IMG/VR virus record: IMGVR_UViG_2974506496_000001
Span: 32,001-96,000 of that record
From: a virus
Taxonomy: Duplodnaviria > Caudoviricetes
Strand: one strand, 5' to 3'
DNA: 64,000 nt
Part shown: positions 9,737-19,526 of the stretch, one piece after another
Numbering within the stretch: the stretch's first letter is position 1
How the letters are laid out: each line of letters begins with the position of its first letter
Notes under the pieces: model-generated
Databases searched by the model: none
Told to the model about the DNA's origin: nothing
What the model saw: only the letters and a program-made list of their open reading frames with translations
Made by a program: the position numbers and the translations under genes

Positions 9737-10366
9737 ATGGGTTGGTTTAATAAACAGAAAGCTACACCGGTAGCTGAAGACACTCCCACGACAGACAAGC
9801 AAGACAGTGCCGACTACCCGTGGGGTGCAACGTATCGCCAACGGCTAATGACACATGCTCGTTCACTATTGACCGTTGATGAACAACAACCCCTGCGTTC
9901 TGGCGAAGCCGGTAAGTTGATCGTTTTTAACGGCGTGGGTTTCTTGATTCGGGGTGAATCGGCCAACATTCCTGATTTGGCTTACATGCACTATCTGGAA
10001 GAAATGTGGAACTGGTTGTTGCGCTGTAATGGAATCGAGCAAAAGCACGGGGGTGTCGTGCCTCGGGCTGAGGTGATTCGCCGTTACGATATCGGCGGGG
10101 TAGCTGAAGGGTGTGGCTATACCGTTGGGTCGCTGGAACCAATCGTACCGGCCTATACTGCCAGTAGCCTGCGTCACCGTAATGCTGCAGACGGTCTGCA
10201 TTTACTCAAAACCCTGCAGGACGTGATTCCGGTCACGGACATGCTGATGATTAGTGAACATGAGAAAGAGCTGATCCGCAATATAGAGAACTTGGGGATG
10301 AAACTGGTTTCAACACCACTCAGTCACGCCGGTCAGATATTTAGCCGAATCCGCTTTAAGGACTGA
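9737..10366 (+). CDS. hypothetical protein
   Basis: AAGGA SD. Confidence 0.75.
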   Translation: MGWFNKQKATPVAEDTPTTDKQDSADYPWGATYRQRLMTHARSLLTVDEQQPLRSGEAGKLIVFNGVGFLIRGESANIPDLAYMHYLEEMWNWLLRCNGIEQKHGGVVPRAEVIRRYDIGGVAEGCGYTVGSLEPIVPAYTASSLRHRNAADGLHLLKTLQDVIPVTDMLMISEHEKELIRNIENLGMKLVSTPLSHAGQIFSRIRFKD

Positions 10367-10371
10367 CACCG

Positions 10372-11481
10372 ATGATCTATCTGGTCTGGATTCTGATCCC
10401 CTCCTTACTACTGGTACTGCTATCCAAAGCCGTGTTCCCGCATCACATCACCTTTAAAGAGTGGTCGCTGCAGGGCGTGGCAGTTGTAGTGGGGACGGCG
10501 TTGTCTGTCTTGATACTCTATATCACTACAACGGGGATGAGTATCGATCATGAAGTCTGGAATGGCTCTGTGATCTCCAAAGCGCCGGTGCGGGTCTCCT
10601 GTACGCACGAACACCAATGTGGCGAGACGTGCTCTACCGACAGCAAGGGTAAGAAACACTGCACGCCGATCTATTGTCCGGATCATGCCTTTGATGTTGA
10701 TTGGGATGTCAAGACAACGGTCGGAATGTTTACCATTGATCGCGTAGCGTTTGATCGTCAGGGATTACGGGAACCTAAACGCTTCACTGCAGTGCAGATT
10801 GGCGAACCGGCCGCAGCGGAGAAGTACACCCGCAATTACCTGTTGCTGGACAGTGATCGCTTCAAGGCTTCAGAAGGGGTGATGGAGAAGTACAAAGGAC
10901 GGATACCGGATTATCCCTCCACGTATGACTATTACCGTTTTAACCGGGTAGTCAACACCACCAAGGATGATTTCAATTACATCAACGATTACCTGAATAA
11001 GGAACTGATTACACTCGGCGCACAAAAACAACTCAACATTGTCGTGGTAATAACCGACAAGAGTAAAGACTTCTATGAAGCCCTCCGTGAATCCTGGGAC
11101 GGTGCCCGTAAGAACGATGTGATACTCGTCTACGGCATTGACAAGGAACATCATGTGAACTGGTTTAAAGCCGATGCGTTTGCAGACGGGCAGTCAAATA
11201 TGTCGATGATCAAAACACTGAACTCGACAGCCCTTGACCGCACCCTTGATGCTGACCTCGTGCATGAACAACTTCACGTGATCCAGGAGCGTTTTACTAG
11301 ACTGCCTAATAAAACCTTCGAATACCTCAATGAAGATTTCACCCCACCGATGTGGGCAATCATCATGACGGTGCTCATTAACCTGCTACTCAATATTGGC
11401 GTGACCTGGTTCATGGTAAAAAATGAAATGGGTGAATACGCATTCATGAATGATAAAGGAAGAAGAAATGCAAGATGGTAA
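10372..11481 (+). CDS. membrane protein with Cys-rich segment and TPM-like domain
   Basis: 2 N-terminal and 1 C-terminal TM segment; QLNIVVV...W.G.RKNDVILV resembles TPM domain. Confidence 0.6.
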   Translation: MIYLVWILIPSLLLVLLSKAVFPHHITFKEWSLQGVAVVVGTALSVLILYITTTGMSIDHEVWNGSVISKAPVRVSCTHEHQCGETCSTDSKGKKHCTPIYCPDHAFDVDWDVKTTVGMFTIDRVAFDRQGLREPKRFTAVQIGEPAAAEKYTRNYLLLDSDRFKASEGVMEKYKGRIPDYPSTYDYYRFNRVVNTTKDDFNYINDYLNKELITLGAQKQLNIVVVITDKSKDFYEALRESWDGARKNDVILVYGIDKEHHVNWFKADAFADGQSNMSMIKTLNSTALDRTLDADLVHEQLHVIQERFTRLPNKTFEYLNEDFTPPMWAIIMTVLINLLLNIGVTWFMVKNEMGEYAFMNDKGRRNARW

Positions 11482-12061
11482 CAAGAAAGGGTTGTCTACT
11501 GGCGCTATTGTGGGCGTCGTCGTTGCTGGTTTCCTGGTACTGGTCGTGGCCATAGCGGGCAGTCTGTTCATGGGTTATGTCTCTGCCTCTAATGGCGGCG
11601 TGCAAGCTGAGTCACGTATTGAACAGCTGAACAAAGACTCCGAGAACGTGCTGTCGACCTCAACGATCAAGATCAAGAACATGGCTCAGATTCCGGGCAT
11701 GTATGTGAAAGATCTTAAAGAGGTGATCCGTGCGACCTTTGAAGGCCGTTATGGTAAAGACGGATCGAAAGCCGTGGTGCAGTTTATTCAGGAACAAAAC
11801 CAGCAGGTCGATTCCAAACTGTACCTGAACATTCAAAATGAGATGGCGGCTGGTCAGGATGAGTTTCGTATTGCGCAGAGCAACAAGCTTGCAGCATGTC
11901 GTAATTATGAAAACAGCCTGGGTTATTTCTGGAAAGGTATGTTCTTGAAGTGGGCGGGCTATCCGAAGAAAGACCTGAGCAAACTCTGCCAGGTGGTATC
12001 GGATGATCAGACACAGGAAGCGTTTAAGACCGGCAAGCAAAAGACCATCGAGCTGAACTAA
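11468..12061 (+). CDS. LemA-like membrane-anchored protein
   Basis: N-terminal TM, helical body, LYLNIQNEM...YENSL..FW...AGYP matches LemA pattern. Confidence 0.6.
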   Translation: MQDGNKKGLSTGAIVGVVVAGFLVLVVAIAGSLFMGYVSASNGGVQAESRIEQLNKDSENVLSTSTIKIKNMAQIPGMYVKDLKEVIRATFEGRYGKDGSKAVVQFIQEQNQQVDSKLYLNIQNEMAAGQDEFRIAQSNKLAACRNYENSLGYFWKGMFLKWAGYPKKDLSKLCQVVSDDQTQEAFKTGKQKTIELN

Positions 12062-12101
12062 CTCACCATCGGACAGGGATGTTCTTTTAATGGAGGTCGT
12101 C

Positions 12102-12446
12102 ATGCCTTTTATTCGATTCAAAGCAAAAGAGATTAAACATACTGCGGACGCCGTAACAAGTCTGAAGCGGTTCTTTGGTCTGATTGATAAAAATATCGAT
12201 GCGGTCAAGATCGTTGCAGCGTTTCAAACCGTAGATACCCACAACGAACCCCTGCTGGAAAACTCGTTGTTGATTATCACACGGATGCCAGACGGGACGA
12301 AACGTTTCACCAGTATCTGGAACGCGAAGTTTAAAGAAGAACTTGCTGCATTTAAACCTGAACTCGTTGGTGAAGTCCGATCGTTCAGACTCGATAATCA
12401 GTTGTATATGGACGGCAATGAGGATAACCCACTTAAAAGGTTTTAG
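12102..12446 (+). CDS. hypothetical protein
   Basis: GGAGG SD before ATG 12102. Confidence 0.7.
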   Translation: MPFIRFKAKEIKHTADAVTSLKRFFGLIDKNIDAVKIVAAFQTVDTHNEPLLENSLLIITRMPDGTKRFTSIWNAKFKEELAAFKPELVGEVRSFRLDNQLYMDGNEDNPLKRF

Positions 12447-12487
12447 TTACCCCAGTTAACCGTGCCGTTTTTATAAAGGTCGTTATC

Positions 12488-13726
12488 ATGTCAAACATTA
12501 TTGAATTAGAAGGCAAGCAGGTTCCCATCAAGATGTGGACGAAGTTTGTTCCAGTGGAAGAACGTGCCCAACAGCAATTACTAAACTTGAGTGAGTTACC
12601 TTTCATCTTCAAACATCTCGCCGTGATGCCTGATGTACACTGGGGAATGGGCGCGACCATTGGTTCGGTTATTGCGACTAAAGGTGCGATTATTCCTGCT
12701 GCAGTGGGTGTTGATATTGGTTGTGGGATGATTGCCCAACAAACCTCGCTGGTTGCTGCTGACCTGCCAGATAACCTCGGTGCTTTGCGCAGTCGTATTG
12801 AAGCAGGCATCCCGCATGGACGTACCGATAACGGCGGTGCAAACGATCGCGGTGCCTGGGGTGATGAGTTCGCCATGGGCTTAGACGATGTGCACCGTGA
12901 AGCATTGCTGGTTCTTCAGCAACGTTTAGTGGCTATTGTGGCTAAGCACCCGAAGCTCACCAAAGCAGCAGGTAAGTTCACCAAACATACTGGCACACTG
13001 GGTAGTGGTAACCACTTCGTTGAAATCTGTTTAGACGAAGAGCAACGCGTTTGGGTAATGCTGCATTCAGGTTCACGTGGTATCGGTAACACCATCGGTA
13101 AATACTTCATCGAGAAAGCCAAAGAAGAGATGAACCGTTTCTTCGTCCATTTAGTTGACCAAGATCTGGCGTATCTCCCAGAAGGCTCTCAGTATTACGA
13201 TGACTACTTGCAAGCGGTGCAATGGGCACAAGACTTTGCAGCGCTCAATCGTGCGGTGATGCTGAGTGCGACACTGAAGGCATTGCACAGTACCGTGGCT
13301 AAGCCATTCACTGAAAGCACTATTGCGGTTAACTGTCACCACAACTATGTCGCAATGGAAAACCATTTTGATACCAATGTCCTGGTCACCCGTAAAGGTG
13401 CAGTGCGGGCGCGTGTAGGTGATCTGGCGATTATCCCGGGTAGTATGGGCGCGAAGTCGTTTATTGTCGAAGGGTTGGGTAACCAGGAAAGCTTCTGTTC
13501 GTGTTCGCATGGTGCTGGTCGTTTACTGTCGCGCTCAGCAGCAGTGAAACAATTCAGTCTGGAAGACCATATCCGTGATACCGAGGGTGTGGAATGCCGT
13601 AAAGATAAAGACGTCCTTGATGAAACACCGAAGGCGTATAAGTCGATTGAAGACGTGATGCGTTCACAAGACGATTTGGTGAAAATCAAATATACCCTGA
13701 AACAGATCCTTTGTGTAAAAGGTTAA
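12488..13726 (+). CDS. rtcB: RtcB RNA 3'-phosphate/2',3'-cyclic phosphate ligase
   Basis: MPDVH.G.G, VGVDIGCG, GTLGSGNHFVE, HSGSRG, HHNY, PGSMG, SCSHGAGR, DETP.AYK. Confidence 0.97.
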   Translation: MSNIIELEGKQVPIKMWTKFVPVEERAQQQLLNLSELPFIFKHLAVMPDVHWGMGATIGSVIATKGAIIPAAVGVDIGCGMIAQQTSLVAADLPDNLGALRSRIEAGIPHGRTDNGGANDRGAWGDEFAMGLDDVHREALLVLQQRLVAIVAKHPKLTKAAGKFTKHTGTLGSGNHFVEICLDEEQRVWVMLHSGSRGIGNTIGKYFIEKAKEEMNRFFVHLVDQDLAYLPEGSQYYDDYLQAVQWAQDFAALNRAVMLSATLKALHSTVAKPFTESTIAVNCHHNYVAMENHFDTNVLVTRKGAVRARVGDLAIIPGSMGAKSFIVEGLGNQESFCSCSHGAGRLLSRSAAVKQFSLEDHIRDTEGVECRKDKDVLDETPKAYKSIEDVMRSQDDLVKIKYTLKQILCVKG

Positions 13727-13728
13727 TT

Positions 13729-14049
13729 ATGAACAAGAAAAAGCAAGTTACGATCTTTGTGGCAGGTGATGTCAATTCAGCTAAGACCACGGTCATTGCC
13801 ATTATTGAAAAGGCGCTGAAAGAAGCGGGTCTGGACACCACACTGCTTGCGCATGCAGCGGCGGATGCGGAATATTTCGTCGGTGAGAAATTAACACCAG
13901 AGCATATCTCTGCGATCAATGAGAAGGTTGAGATTTCCATTGAAGAACTCACCCGCCCAGCACCGACCAATGATGATGGCTCGCGCCCTGAGAGTTATGT
14001 GGCGATCGTACATAGCGCCGGTATTAAGATCCTTCCCCGTAACAGCTAA
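13729..14049 (+). CDS. hypothetical protein with degenerate P-loop-like N-terminus
   Basis: AGDVNSAKT; similar to 4535 N-terminus. Confidence 0.65.
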   Translation: MNKKKQVTIFVAGDVNSAKTTVIAIIEKALKEAGLDTTLLAHAAADAEYFVGEKLTPEHISAINEKVEISIEELTRPAPTNDDGSRPESYVAIVHSAGIKILPRNS

Positions 14050-14054
14050 CTCCT

Positions 14055-14082
14055 AAGAGGACTTCGGTCCTCTTTTATGCCC
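14055..14082 (+). terminator. hairpin (TTCG loop) + TTATGCC element
   Basis: AAGAGGAC-TTCG-GTCCTCTT. Confidence 0.8.
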
Positions 14083-14127
14083 GGTTTAATTGTATATAGA
14101 CACAGTACACATCAACCGAGGGCCATC

Positions 14128-15066
14128 ATGTTAGAGTTGCTGATGTTAGGACACACCACCCAAAGCGCGGGGGGTAAGCAGGAAGACATCAAGACTGACG
14201 TCTCGGGACTCATTGCAAAATATAGCAATGCAGGATCTATCAGCGCCTTAAATATCACCGTTGGCGCCAGCGCCGGACTTGCGGTATATGACAACCAATT
14301 AATCCTCATTAATCCGGGTTCGATGAGCTATTATGACATCAACACCTTTGCATTAAAGAAGAGCACAACCAACAACGTCAGTATCAGCGTTAGCTATAAT
14401 AGTGTCGCACACCAGTCAGGCAAACATTGGTGGTTTGGTCAGGATCGTGCTACCGCAGTAATTTACCATGCGGATTTAGAAACTGGGGTCATTACCAAAT
14501 ACCCTACGCCGCCGGTTAAGAAAGGTATGTTCTTTGCTTATAACGGCAGGCTCTGGTTATTAGGTGGTTGGGTAGGTACCACCAGTAATACCACGACCAT
14601 CTACAGCATCGACTACAACAATCCCGTGAGCTGGAGTAGTCAGCCTTTAAACACCCCATTACCTCGTCAGTTAGCGGGTGCATCAGCCTATTTCACCACA
14701 AATGGTTTAGTGGCGTTTGTCGGTGGCGGGGCGGTAGGTAGTTCCGGAGAGACTGATGGTACAGGTTATACCAGCGTCATGCTCTTCAATCCCGATACGT
14801 TAACCTTCACAGGCAAGACGATCTCCACACCAATGGGTGGCGGATACCACAACCCGAACTTTGTCTTCAATGATACCGCGTACCAATTTAAATACACCAA
14901 CACCGGACAGCGTTGGTCGTTAGGCGATGTCAGTCGGGAATCTAGCCTCAGTCCCGCACCGATAATTGGCGGTTACCATAACGCATTCACCATTGCAGGT
15001 CGCGTTGCTTTCTACGGGAACAGTTACTCTACCAGTCCTGTTTATCTCTACGTTTTACCAGATTAA
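14128..15066 (+). CDS. Kelch-like beta-propeller protein, putative virion/tail-associated
   Basis: YNGRLWLLGG and AFVGGG Kelch-type motifs; N-terminal MLELLM. Confidence 0.6.
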   Translation: MLELLMLGHTTQSAGGKQEDIKTDVSGLIAKYSNAGSISALNITVGASAGLAVYDNQLILINPGSMSYYDINTFALKKSTTNNVSISVSYNSVAHQSGKHWWFGQDRATAVIYHADLETGVITKYPTPPVKKGMFFAYNGRLWLLGGWVGTTSNTTTIYSIDYNNPVSWSSQPLNTPLPRQLAGASAYFTTNGLVAFVGGGAVGSSGETDGTGYTSVMLFNPDTLTFTGKTISTPMGGGYHNPNFVFNDTAYQFKYTNTGQRWSLGDVSRESSLSPAPIIGGYHNAFTIAGRVAFYGNSYSTSPVYLYVLPD

Positions 15067-15071
15067 GAACC

Positions 15072-15101
15072 GGAGAGGCGCATAGCCTCTCTCTTATGCC
15101 G
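15072..15101 (+). terminator. hairpin + CTTATGCCG element
   Basis: GGAGAGGC/GCCTCTCT stem. Confidence 0.75.
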
Positions 15102-15118
15102 TCAAAAGGAAATTAACC

Positions 15119-15529
15119 ATGCGTACACTTGTTGTTGTTTTAACTGAACCGGCTGAGAACCAATCGATTGCTCTGACTATCCGCGACCCGTATCACGAGC
15201 TTACCTTTGACAAGATCGCAGGCTGGATCGAGTCGGCTACGGGCGATAGTGTATTTCGTGACAAATTCGATTTATTGTGTAACGAACACACCCTGGAAGT
15301 TTTGGTCGATGTAGTTGATGACGGTGACACACCAACGGTGCACTTCGTCTACAGCAACACCCAGTGGAAAGATTGGGTAAAGTCAGTGGCAAAAGCTTTT
15401 GTTTACAATGACCCGCATTCTCGTAACTTCTGCACGGTGAAGGCCGCAGCCGCTTTACTGACCCGTGCGAAACCAACCCTTAGTGACCAACACAGCGATC
15501 TGCGTGGCATTGCCTACGTCGAGGAGTAA
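15119..15529 (+). CDS. hypothetical protein
   Basis: AAGGA SD. Confidence 0.75.
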   Translation: MRTLVVVLTEPAENQSIALTIRDPYHELTFDKIAGWIESATGDSVFRDKFDLLCNEHTLEVLVDVVDDGDTPTVHFVYSNTQWKDWVKSVAKAFVYNDPHSRNFCTVKAAAALLTRAKPTLSDQHSDLRGIAYVEE

Positions 15530-15531
15530 TC

Positions 15532-15963
15532 ATGGACAACAAGATTCAAGTCGTTATCTTATCGGATGATTCGTATCAGCAACGCTTCCTGTTCCTGGAA
15601 GTCCCTGTGCTCGTGAGCAACATTGATACCGACATCACCGTCCGTAAGCTTATTAATGAAGCGACAGCAAAAGGCCGCCCTGATTTTAACGTCTCTCTGA
15701 TCAGTGCAGGGATCGGTATGATTGCCGGTTCTAATAACGTTACCATGGAATACCAGATCAAAGCGAACTGCTCAGGTGCCGCCGGTGAGATCGCTGAGTA
15801 TATCCGCACCGTAGGTAACTACGAGCGGGTACAGGTAGCAACCAAACCCCACATCGCCCTGGCGATGCTGCATAACGAAGATTGGGTAGGTAAGCAAACC
15901 ATCGATCTGATGGATGCAACCCCGTTCCTGACCATTACTCCTCTTACTGAAGAGACCTGCTAA
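15532..15963 (+). CDS. hypothetical protein
   Basis: GAGGAG SD. Confidence 0.75.
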   Translation: MDNKIQVVILSDDSYQQRFLFLEVPVLVSNIDTDITVRKLINEATAKGRPDFNVSLISAGIGMIAGSNNVTMEYQIKANCSGAAGEIAEYIRTVGNYERVQVATKPHIALAMLHNEDWVGKQTIDLMDATPFLTITPLTEETC

Positions 15964-15964
15964 C

Positions 15965-16921
15965 ATGGCTGAAGTCATTAAACGCTTGCCGGGGATGAAT
16001 CACCATCCGGCATACCCTGGTATCTGGGTACCCTTCAAAGGTTATCGTCTGAAGGATTACTACGACATCAAACTGAAAACCGGTGAGGTGTATAAGTGCT
16101 GGTACCCGAACGCCACCGCCTGGTCACCCCGGGGTGAGTTAGTGGAAGGTCAGCCGGGCCGGGTAGAGGATGATGATGTGGTGGAGATCCGCCTGTTACC
16201 CGATGAAGAGATCACTGACCGTTATTGGTTCAAAGGCGAAGATCGTCTGAAGCGCAATATCGATTTCTTTGGCGATGTGTTACCGGAAGTGATTACCGCA
16301 GAAGATGGCACGGTAACCTTTAAACCGATCACCCGGCGCGTGTTTGATGAGTTGGTAACCAGTAGCTGGGATGGTGAGAAAGCGATCTGGCTACGGGAGG
16401 ATGAGTTATCCGTCGAGGAGCTCAAGACCAGGCTCTGGAGTGAGAAGGGTGATATCGATCCTGATTCGATACTGGGTCAGTCATTCACCACTTATCTGAC
16501 GCTACTCTGCACCCAAGCCAAATACGAGCTTGAGTTGCTGGAAGTACCGTGGAAGGGCAGCACATTCTACATGAACCTGATGAGCCCCACTGACTATCAG
16601 CGTGAAGCATGTCTGAATGCAGTGGTCAAGCTTGAAGAACTGGCGGCGCAGAAGCAAGCTGAAGAGCGTTTGCCTTCCACACCTTATCGTGGCGTCACGG
16701 CAGCAGGTCGTGCAGCACAACGCGCCGTGGTCACGGCAGCGGCGCATACATTGGTATCTGCCTTGGATCGTAAAGCGATAGCTGGCGCCAAGCACATGAA
16801 AGGTGATCGCTTTGTTACTAAAGGCGAAGCACGGGTAGTCGATGGTCAGAAACTGACCGGGAAGCAATTACGTAAACTGCAGAAGAAACAACGGAGGGCT
16901 GAACGTGGAACAGTCGAATGA
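15965..16921 (+). CDS. hypothetical protein with basic C-terminus
   Basis: Long ORF in gene run. Confidence 0.8.
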   Translation: MAEVIKRLPGMNHHPAYPGIWVPFKGYRLKDYYDIKLKTGEVYKCWYPNATAWSPRGELVEGQPGRVEDDDVVEIRLLPDEEITDRYWFKGEDRLKRNIDFFGDVLPEVITAEDGTVTFKPITRRVFDELVTSSWDGEKAIWLREDELSVEELKTRLWSEKGDIDPDSILGQSFTTYLTLLCTQAKYELELLEVPWKGSTFYMNLMSPTDYQREACLNAVVKLEELAAQKQAEERLPSTPYRGVTAAGRAAQRAVVTAAAHTLVSALDRKAIAGAKHMKGDRFVTKGEARVVDGQKLTGKQLRKLQKKQRRAERGTVE

Positions 16922-17213
16922 AGAAATCAAACTAATCAGTGGTGATGAAGAACGTGGCGAAGCTTCGTATTTAGTCGAAAGTGAATACGAAGCCCGTGAC
17001 GCGTATCAGCATTTCATTGAGCACTATACTGGCGATTCAATCACCGATGGCGAAGATCAGTGGCATACGGTTGCCAGTGAAGGATTCCTCAGTGACCTTG
17101 ACTATCCGGTGATTGTGATCTTCTACATCAACTGGGATCATGCTGACCGTCACGAAGTGAAGTCCGTTCCCGTCAATGGTTTGAGTGCGCTTGCGCCTCA
17201 TCTGTTCAAATAA
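16905..17213 (+). CDS. acidic hypothetical protein
   Basis: GGAGG SD, GTG start. Confidence 0.7.
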   Translation: MEQSNEEIKLISGDEERGEASYLVESEYEARDAYQHFIEHYTGDSITDGEDQWHTVASEGFLSDLDYPVIVIFYINWDHADRHEVKSVPVNGLSALAPHLFK

Positions 17214-17238
17214 GTTCCATTAACCCAAAGAGGTAATT

Positions 17239-17532
17239 ATGTCGTTCACACTGTCAAAGAAACTCGTTCCTGTTCTGCTCACCGCAAAAGACGGCCGTAA
17301 GTACGCCGTTGTTAATGGCGGTAACCGCGCCAAGCTGACCCTCGGCTTTGATGACGGGATCAGTCAGGAGGTTGCTGTGCCTTCTGAGCAGATTCCTGAA
17401 GAAGCGCGCACCAACGGCACTAAACTGTATTTCGATGCAGAAGGTGCGGTGACGGGCTGGGATGCAGCACCGGGTGGAAAGACGAAGTCAAGCACGACTG
17501 CCGGATCAATGACCATGCGTCGTCCTGGCTAA
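17239..17532 (+). CDS. hypothetical protein
   Basis: GAGG SD. Confidence 0.75.
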   Translation: MSFTLSKKLVPVLLTAKDGRKYAVVNGGNRAKLTLGFDDGISQEVAVPSEQIPEEARTNGTKLYFDAEGAVTGWDAAPGGKTKSSTTAGSMTMRRPG

Positions 17533-17538
17533 ACCATC

Positions 17539-17566
17539 AGGGGGAGGGAAACCTCCCCTTATGCCG
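17539..17566 (+). terminator. hairpin (GAAA loop) + TTATGCCG element
   Basis: GGGGAGG-GAAA-CCTCCCC. Confidence 0.8.
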
Positions 17567-17578
17567 TATGGAGGGGTT

Positions 17579-18109
17579 ATGAGTTTATTGATCTACACTG
17601 ACGGGTTGTTAATCGGGGATCGTCGGGGAACACGTAATGCAGAGCATGAGCGATTCATCCGTGACATGAAGAAGACCCATGTTTCGAAATGCAAGCGCTT
17701 AGCGTTAGGGGTGGTAGGGGAAGAGATTCATCCAACAGATCTGCCAAAGGTGATGACCTTCTTTATTAACTCGCTGACCGATCACTATCATCGTGAACAC
17801 GACGTGGGCTATACCCACAGCTATAGCGAAGAAGAGTCATTGGTAGCCGGTCTTGAGAATCGTCGTTTTATCCTGATGACAGCTGACCGGGCTTTTATCA
17901 TTAACTTCGGCTCTTTGACTGAGATCACTCACGAGCCCTGGTATTGCTCAGGTAACGGGATGGTGATGGCCGATGTCTTTCTGACTGCAGGGATGTCGCC
18001 AGGGAAAGTAATTGAAGCGGTGGCTAAACTTAACCTGGAAGTGGGGCATTCATTTACCCGTGTCGAACAGTCTCGCTTAAAACCCTTGATTAAGAAGGTG
18101 GAAGAATGA
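17579..18109 (+). CDS. HslV/proteasome-beta-like Ntn-hydrolase homologue
   Basis: MSLLIYTDGLLIGDRRGT parallels TT......LA.D.R.T; CSGNG..A...L.AG.SP..VI..VA parallels the GSG helix region. Confidence 0.55.
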   Translation: MSLLIYTDGLLIGDRRGTRNAEHERFIRDMKKTHVSKCKRLALGVVGEEIHPTDLPKVMTFFINSLTDHYHREHDVGYTHSYSEEESLVAGLENRRFILMTADRAFIINFGSLTEITHEPWYCSGNGMVMADVFLTAGMSPGKVIEAVAKLNLEVGHSFTRVEQSRLKPLIKKVEE

Positions 18110-18618
18110 GTGGCATATTCGCAGCCCAAGGGCGTAACCTGGTGTTTCCTACTCAGCTGGAGAAAAGGAGTGGGCTTTACTACACCCCGCCTCCTGAAGC
18201 GTGCTGGATGCCTTGGGGGCGTTACTTCCCGCTGTCAGCAACCAGCTTCAATATCCTCGAGCATTTCATGACCGGAGAAGATCTGCCACGGGAGAGTTCA
18301 TACTCGACGCATGTGCTCGGTATTCTGGTCACACCAAACGGACTGATCTACGAATACATCAATACCGTTGAAGGGATTAGACGGCGGGTTGTTCCTTTGG
18401 GTAAAGGCGCAGTGTATTGTCGCTCCGATGATCCATTGCTGGAAGAAGCTATGACGGCAGCGATGGTAGTGCATGATCAGCTGGTCGATGCCATTACGTT
18501 AGTGAGTAAGTCACGCAAACTGATGACCCATCAGTACAAATATACAACACTGGACAAAGTATATGCGGAAATAAAGGAACGTAAACTTGTCCTGCAGCCG
18601 CCCACGAGGAACCACTAA
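18106..18618 (+). CDS. hypothetical protein, possible degenerate Ntn-hydrolase paralog
   Basis: ATGA overlap with 17579; similar size; AMTAAM......DAI.LV helix pair. Confidence 0.45.
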   Translation: MSGIFAAQGRNLVFPTQLEKRSGLYYTPPPEACWMPWGRYFPLSATSFNILEHFMTGEDLPRESSYSTHVLGILVTPNGLIYEYINTVEGIRRRVVPLGKGAVYCRSDDPLLEEAMTAAMVVHDQLVDAITLVSKSRKLMTHQYKYTTLDKVYAEIKERKLVLQPPTRNH

Positions 18619-18648
18619 TTTAACCCCTGTTTATATAGAAAGGAAAAT

Positions 18649-19095
18649 ATGAACAACTTTATTAACGATGCTTTAGATATCATTGAACTTAACGAAAGTA
18701 GTGCACGTACTGAACTCTGCCGCAAGCAGGAAGCTTCGTTACCGGCCTATATTCTCAAACTGGCGACTAGACTTGCCAAGAAGATTACCTATGCAGTTCG
18801 CTTAATGGAGAGACGCGATGAAGGGTATGTTCGTCTTGGTACTTATAGCGATCGCTGGTTACTCTGTTTTGGTGACCGCATCAGCCGTTATGGCATGCAT
18901 ACGTCGGGTAAACATGCGCTCTATCTTACCTTGGATTGGGCTACTTTTATCCGTGACCATAAGTTATTTGACGTGGCAAATCACCTACTTCAATTGGCTC
19001 TGGGCAAGTTGCTTCCTGGGCATTGTGTGTTACTGGGCGGTGAAACACCCAAACACGAATTCGAGTTCGTGATCTGCAAACAAACAACAAAATAA
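18649..19095 (+). CDS. hypothetical protein (paralog family with 19107, possibly 21154)
   Basis: Shared C-terminal L...F.....L......L...L.....VLLG pattern. Confidence 0.7.
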   Translation: MNNFINDALDIIELNESSARTELCRKQEASLPAYILKLATRLAKKITYAVRLMERRDEGYVRLGTYSDRWLLCFGDRISRYGMHTSGKHALYLTLDWATFIRDHKLFDVANHLLQLALGKLLPGHCVLLGGETPKHEFEFVICKQTTK

Positions 19096-19106
19096 GAGAG
19101 GGCATC

Positions 19107-19526
19107 ATGCCACAGCGTGGTACAGCACCGAACTTTGCAGAATTCACACAGCAAGAACTGGCAGAGAAGGTAATCCCGATACTGCCAGATTACTGTAACC
19201 GTCTTTGTGGGGTCATGATCAGTACATGCTTTGCGCATCGCGTTGGACTTACTGACAAATCTGTACTGCGTTTTGCTGAGTATCACTTCAACCCCACGCC
19301 CGACCTAGCGCGACAAACAGACTGGTCGGTGGAAGTGCGAAGTGAGCAGTGTGTGGTTTATGAACTCAACATCCCCAAGTTTGTCCACGAGGCTGGATTG
19401 GTAAAGCAGTTTTTAGATATCCTCTCCAGTCATCTTGAACTTTATTTCACTGACAGTAAGGTACTCCTCGGCCATGTACTCCCGCCGTGCTTCCTTACTA
19501 TCCGCATTGAGAAAACAACACCATGA
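19107..19526 (+). CDS. hypothetical protein (paralog of 18649)
   Basis: See 18649. Confidence 0.7.
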   Translation: MPQRGTAPNFAEFTQQELAEKVIPILPDYCNRLCGVMISTCFAHRVGLTDKSVLRFAEYHFNPTPDLARQTDWSVEVRSEQCVVYELNIPKFVHEAGLVKQFLDILSSHLELYFTDSKVLLGHVLPPCFLTIRIEKTTP

